From positions 48,835,847-48,899,846 of the forward strand of contig CP154954.1 of NCBI GenBank assembly GCA_039621445.1: DNA of 64,000 nucleotides, written 5' to 3'. Below the pieces are notes generated by a model. The model was not told the origin of the DNA, did no database searches, and saw nothing but the letters and a program-made list of their open reading frames with translations. Source of the DNA: Euglena gracilis (lineage: Eukaryota). The position numbers and the translations under genes are program-made. Shown here piece by piece: positions 50,401-64,000 of the stretch. The stretch's first letter is position 1, and each line of letters starts with the position of its first letter.

Positions 50401-53290
50401 ACAGAATTTCGGCATATTTTCCGCATTTTCCGCATTTTTCCGCATATTTTCCGCATTTTTTTTCCGCATAATTTCTGCATAATTTCCGCATTTTTCCGCA
50501 TTTTTCCGCATAATTTCCGCATTTTTTCCCCGCCTGCCAGACCGCATAATTTCCCCCCCCCCTGCTCTTAGTCCCGGCCTATCACCACAGACACCCTTTT
50601 TGTCTGCTCAATGTCCTTCTCTGAGGCTAGTGAGGTCGTGTGGTTCATCTTTGGACGACTTTTGTGAGTTGCTCGGGTGGGAATTTGCCCCCTTTCCCCT
50701 CTCTGCGGATTAAAAAAGGTGCCTGCAGTAGGCTGCACCAGCTTCTACGCATTTCACATTGCTGTGATTTGGGGGGGTGCAGCACTATTGGACGCTCGCT
50801 TCATCCGGCAGGGGGTGCAGCACTATTTTGGACCCGCAGCTCTATTGGCCCCGCAGCACTATTAGGGGGGGTTTACGCCATGCCACTGTCCCCCCTGCCT
50901 GTCTGCCGCCCGTGCCGCCCCTCGGCACGCTGTCTTCCATGCCCCCCCTCCGGCTCCCCCCAGGGGCACACCGCCAACCGCTGCAAGACGTGCCACAACT
51001 GTGGCGGCCACCACCTCCTCCGCGAGTGCCCCGGCCATGTCGTGCCCTCCTCACTGTCTCGCTTCAGTGGTCCGCCAAAATTTGGGCAATGGAATTGCCC
51101 CTTCCCTGCTTTGGGGTCGGAACTCTCCGTTCACCCCCGCCAACATTCTGTCTTTGCGGAGGAAATTGAGGGCCACTGACCATCAGGGATGCTCACAAGA
51201 GGGCCGCCACGGGGGCAAACCCGTCGTGTGCAGCAAGTGCCAAAAGTCCGGGCACACCGTCAACAAGTGCAAGCAGCAGGTGGAGGGGGAGGCCCCGCCG
51301 GGGAGACCGGGGGCGACGGTGAAGGGGTTCGTCGCGGAGGCCACTGCGGAGACCATGCTCCAGATCCTCCAGGAGACGGTGTGCCTGGGCCCCGATGGCC
51401 GATGATTGCCAATCATGATCACCGGTAATTGTTTAAGACCAATAAAAGGAGGGTGCAACACTCCAAGTCCGACAAGAAACAAAATGGTATAAAATCAGGT
51501 CAGTGATCTTCTGGGCAGTTCGTGCTCCATTCTCGGGTGTGATTTTTTTCTGGTTTTTGGAGCCCCTCCCCCCAAAGCGTGCAGTTGCGACACGCTTCGC
51601 CCTCTGACTCTCTCAGGGGTTCCTTCCAGCTGGGGCAGAGGTCACTCCAGTGTTGGATCCGACGCCGCTGTGCGTTGTCCTGTGTCCCACGACGGAGGAG
51701 CGGGACGCGTTCGTCACCGCGCTCAACGGCGCCGTGCCAGCCCTCTGCCCCCCGCTGGTGGCTCACCCCGGCCCCTGAATGACAGACCACGCGGCAGGTT
51801 TGGCGGAACGATAAAGCATGGTTTTCATAGGTGCGACGTTTTTTTTTAACGCAAGTCCAATATGCTTATTGGACTTGTTATATAACAAATCATTTTACCA
51901 AATACACAATGTGTTTACAAATCACAAATAATAATGTGTTTTATTGTGTGTAATAATGTGTTTTATGGATCCATTTTGTCTTGTTGCAATTGTAAACCCC
52001 CCAGCACATTTTTTTCAGAGGCAAAATCCCCGAGCTTCCAATTTTACCTGTTTGTTTTCCCTGGAGGTGCAGGCGGTTGAGGCATATTTTTGGGAGGGGA
52101 GCAGGCTTAAGGTTGAGGGTACCCCCCCGGGGGGGGGAGCTGGACTGCAGCTAGTCCAAAATTGGCTAGTGGACATCCTAGTGGACCCCTCAGGGGGGAG
52201 GGTTCCGCTAGCAGGGTTAACAAGTGGGACTTTTTTTTCCAGCGATCCCGAAATTTTTTTGTCCACAAAAATAGACAATTTTTGGCCATTTTTTGTGATT
52301 TTTTTTGAAACAAAATATGCCAAAAAATCAAAAACCTCATTTCCACCTCGGCATGCAGCGCCAGAGGTTTTTTTTTTAACCATTTGGGGGAACAGACCCC
52401 CCCCCCCAGACCTTGCTGGTGGCTTTTCCCCCCGTGTGTGGCAAATGGCCAGCCAGTGGACCCCCCGGGGTCCTTAAGCAAAGTCCTGGTCCTGGAGGGG
52501 AGACTGGCTGAAATGGCTCCTTGTGGCAGAAAGGACTCCGGGCTCACCACAACCCCAAGCCACGCATTCCCCGCCAACGCCCCAGCGCAGCGGCCGGCCG
52601 CCACGTTGCCGCCGCGGAGGAGGTGGCGGCGCTGCTGGGCTCCCCCGCCTCCCCGCCGCCCCCCGACGAGGCCGCAGACCTCGCCCCCGCGGCCCACCCC
52701 ATCGCCCACCCCGCCGCCCTCGCCCCCCTCCCCCCCTCCGACGTCGACGCCGACCCTCCCCGACCCCCGCTGCCCAGGGTGGTGGCCCGGGGTCACCCGC
52801 CGAGTCTCCATTTCATGACAACGTTTTCAACACCGACTTCCGGCCCATTGCCATGCTCTGACCTTCGCTGTGTGCCAGTGCAGTTTTCTGCCCCCCCCCC
52901 CCCTGCTGCCCTTCCACCCAATCTTTAATTCCCCCCAAGTCTAGATTTTAACTGCCGTTGCCTGCGATCATCTGTGGTCGTCTGGTTTCAATTGAAAGCC
53001 TTCGGCAAGCTCCCCAACCCCAGTCCCGCCGGTGTTGGCGCAATTCCGTTGATTCCGCCGGTGGCTCTGCCATCCATCGGATGCCTTTGGGTCCGCCTTG
53101 GAGGCCGACCCTCAGGCCTCCCGTGGCCCGGCACACCCCGGACCAGCCCCCGCCCTGCCGGCAGAGGATCCGTTTTACAGCGCGGAGGAGACCCCCGGCG
53201 GTGGCAGCGGCGGCGCGGCGGGGCCAGAGGGGGAGGAGGGGGAGGCCCCGTACTGGTGATGGGCGGCGGGCCCTCCCATTCGCACTGCCG
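44488..53290 (+). CDS. Gene B middle: seven CCHC zinc knuckles (Air1/2, ZCCHC7/CNBP-like), RRM-like domain and Pro-rich linker
   Basis: Exons 44488-44636 (CYNCWSRTHMVDHC), 47005-47092 (CYNCNATNHSVKNC), 47299-47447 (CTFCERPGHTRNVC), 48451-48612, 48922-49062 (CYNCKSAGHVVRDC, CTRCRKE|), 50964-51032 (|GHTANRC, CHNCGGHHLLREC), 51217-51378 (CSKCQKSGHTVNKC), 51617-~51733 (...EERDAFVTALNG), ~52590-52780 and 53165/53181-53255/53290. Confidence 0.85.
47806..48061. mobile_element. MITE with 18-bp perfect TIR and internal TTAGGG/CCCTAA-like tracts
   Basis: gcagctgaattcttaatg ... cattaagaattcagctgc in TA-rich context; related sequence at ~21700-21810 and ~45185-45290. Confidence 0.8.
49181..50564 (+). 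mobile_element. hAT-superfamily DNA transposon, internally deleted, family 1
   Basis: TIR cagggggggggggaattatgcggtc / gaccgcataatttcccccccccctg; perfect 7-bp TSD ctcttag; internal transposase fragment. Confidence 0.92.
49706..50233 (+). pseudogene. C-terminal fragment of a hAT transposase (dimerisation-domain-like)
   Basis: LIEWWKTHRPSL...LISTPVATSSVERFFS matches the hAT WW...P.xS..xER.FS signature. Confidence 0.8.
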
Positions 53291-54193
53291 GTGCGACCAC
53301 CCCCACGGGTGCGCGGCGTTCAACCCACGAAGCTCACTCACTGCCAGTGGTCTTGACTGTGGCCCTCCGAGGTCTTTGCTGGTACTGTTTGGCTTTGAAT
53401 TTTGAATTGAATATGAAAGGGATTCTGATAGCTTGACTTTTTGGCGGGTTGGTCAGTCCACCCCTCCTGGGGGAGGGTCTTGTTTGGGTAAATGGGGTTT
53501 TCAGAAAAAAAAAGTTGGGTATTGGATTTGGGCTCAGGGGAATTCTTTAAGCCGGCAACCCACCCCCGAAGGGTCACCCATTAAGCACCTTTTTCCCTAC
53601 CAGTGGCTCTCACTTGGGGGGCTGAGCGAAATAAAGTTGGGGACAGCTGGGACGAAAAATATTTGTTGCTTCGAAGCATCCTTTTTGAAGCATGGGGTCA
53701 AAAATAATGTTTTCGAGGTTTTGGGGGTATTTTACCTCAAAACTCTGCCCTGGGGGAGGTTAAGGTGGATGGGTCCCGTCAGGCCGGGTGGGTCGCCCCA
53801 GCGGGGGAAGTTGGTGGATCCTCTTTTTTTTTTGAATGGAGTGCTGAAATTTTTGACCCAAAATTGACACCCCAAAAGTACCTCCCTCTCACTCTCCTCG
53901 CTCTCCTCCCAACAGGGGGCATACCCAGGGGGTGGAGAGAGCCAGTCTTATAATCCCCCCACTTGGCCAGCACATTTTTCCTTTCTGCACTTTTACCCAG
54001 CCCTCAGCTAAAGCCCCCGCGGTGCTTAAGAAATTCCCAGTGGGCACGTTTTATATATCTCAAAACTGTTTTTTTATCATGTTTATTTCTTTTTCTTAGG
54101 CGGGCAAAAATCGCATTTGAGCTTTTTTTTTTGGGTCGGTGTGCACATTTGCCTGCATGTCTAAAAATGTTATTTTGGAGCCGGCGCGTCCAG

Positions 54194-63498
<9,305 letters not shown>

Positions 63499-64000
63499 GT
63501 GTGCCGCAGGAGGCTGTTGCGTGGCCACGGTCGGGGGCCCAATTGATCACTGCCTTCCTGGCAAGGGACCTTTTTGGGGGTGAGGTAAAGACAAAGGGAA
63601 ATCTCAATTTTTTCCGATTTTCTGTGTGTCTCAGATTTGTTTATCGAAGCACGAGGTGCGGGGTCTAAGAATGACAATGACAATCCAGTACGCTCCCTGT
63701 CAGTCAACGACCCATACTTTGTGTCCAGATATCATGAACCATCTGTCCGGTGATACTGTGATGATCGTGCACATTGAGGGGGTGCACATTGAGGGGGACA
63801 GAACCACATTATTTTTCGGGATTTTGCAGGTTTTTTTTTGTGTGTGTGTCCTTCTGACTTCTGCCTGGAAATGAGTTTGACAAAGAGAAATCCTGCATTT
63901 GGGCCACATCTTCTCTGCCATCAAAATTTTAGATTTCTTTTGCTTTTTTTTTTGAATATTTCACAACAATTTGCAAAATGTTCACAAACTTACAAAAAAT

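Larger units (their letters stand above)
49066..50873. mobile_element. TA-targeting MITE inserted at an intron donor, host of a nested hAT element
   Basis: g-TA|aacccccccaaatagt ... actattagggggggtt|TA-cgcc; internal gcagcactatt repeats at both ends. Confidence 0.8.

Noticed and set aside
53257-53261. Overlapping TGA/ATG suggesting coupled genes or stop-codon readthrough
   Set aside because: It leaves no room for polyadenylation and trans-splicing, and in-frame GT-AG splices bypass it more simply. Not excluded without cDNA.

Overview
Eukaryotic, intron-rich DNA, most likely from a euglenid (Euglena-like). It has short GC3-rich exons, (GT)n/(GA)n microsatellites, many MITEs, and both GT-AG introns and euglenid non-conventional introns (paired ends, stem starting at +4 and ending at -6). 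Almost all entries in the ORF track are artefacts; the real genes had to be spliced by hand. Positions 1-22267 and 22268-45745 are two diverged copies of a ~23.5-25 kb tandem duplication, and comparing them exposes copy-specific transposon insertions and an inversion. Gene A (595-11202; second copy 22266-35686) encodes an unknown protein ending in a SAM-methyltransferase-like domain. Gene B (+ strand, from about 36764 to beyond the window end; truncated copy 13100-20974) can be spliced in frame from seven CCHC zinc knuckles and an RRM-like domain into a Trf4/PAPD5 (TENT4) non-canonical poly(A) polymerase, making it a candidate Air-Trf4 fusion. The second highlight is a CAG...CTG transposon with a relic 8-bp target-site duplication that sits in coding sequence with exact non-conventional-intron geometry, next to an intron-less paralogous repeat that shows the pre-insertion state. 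All exon models are manual and need RNA evidence. Homopolymer errors and haplotype mis-assembly are possible.
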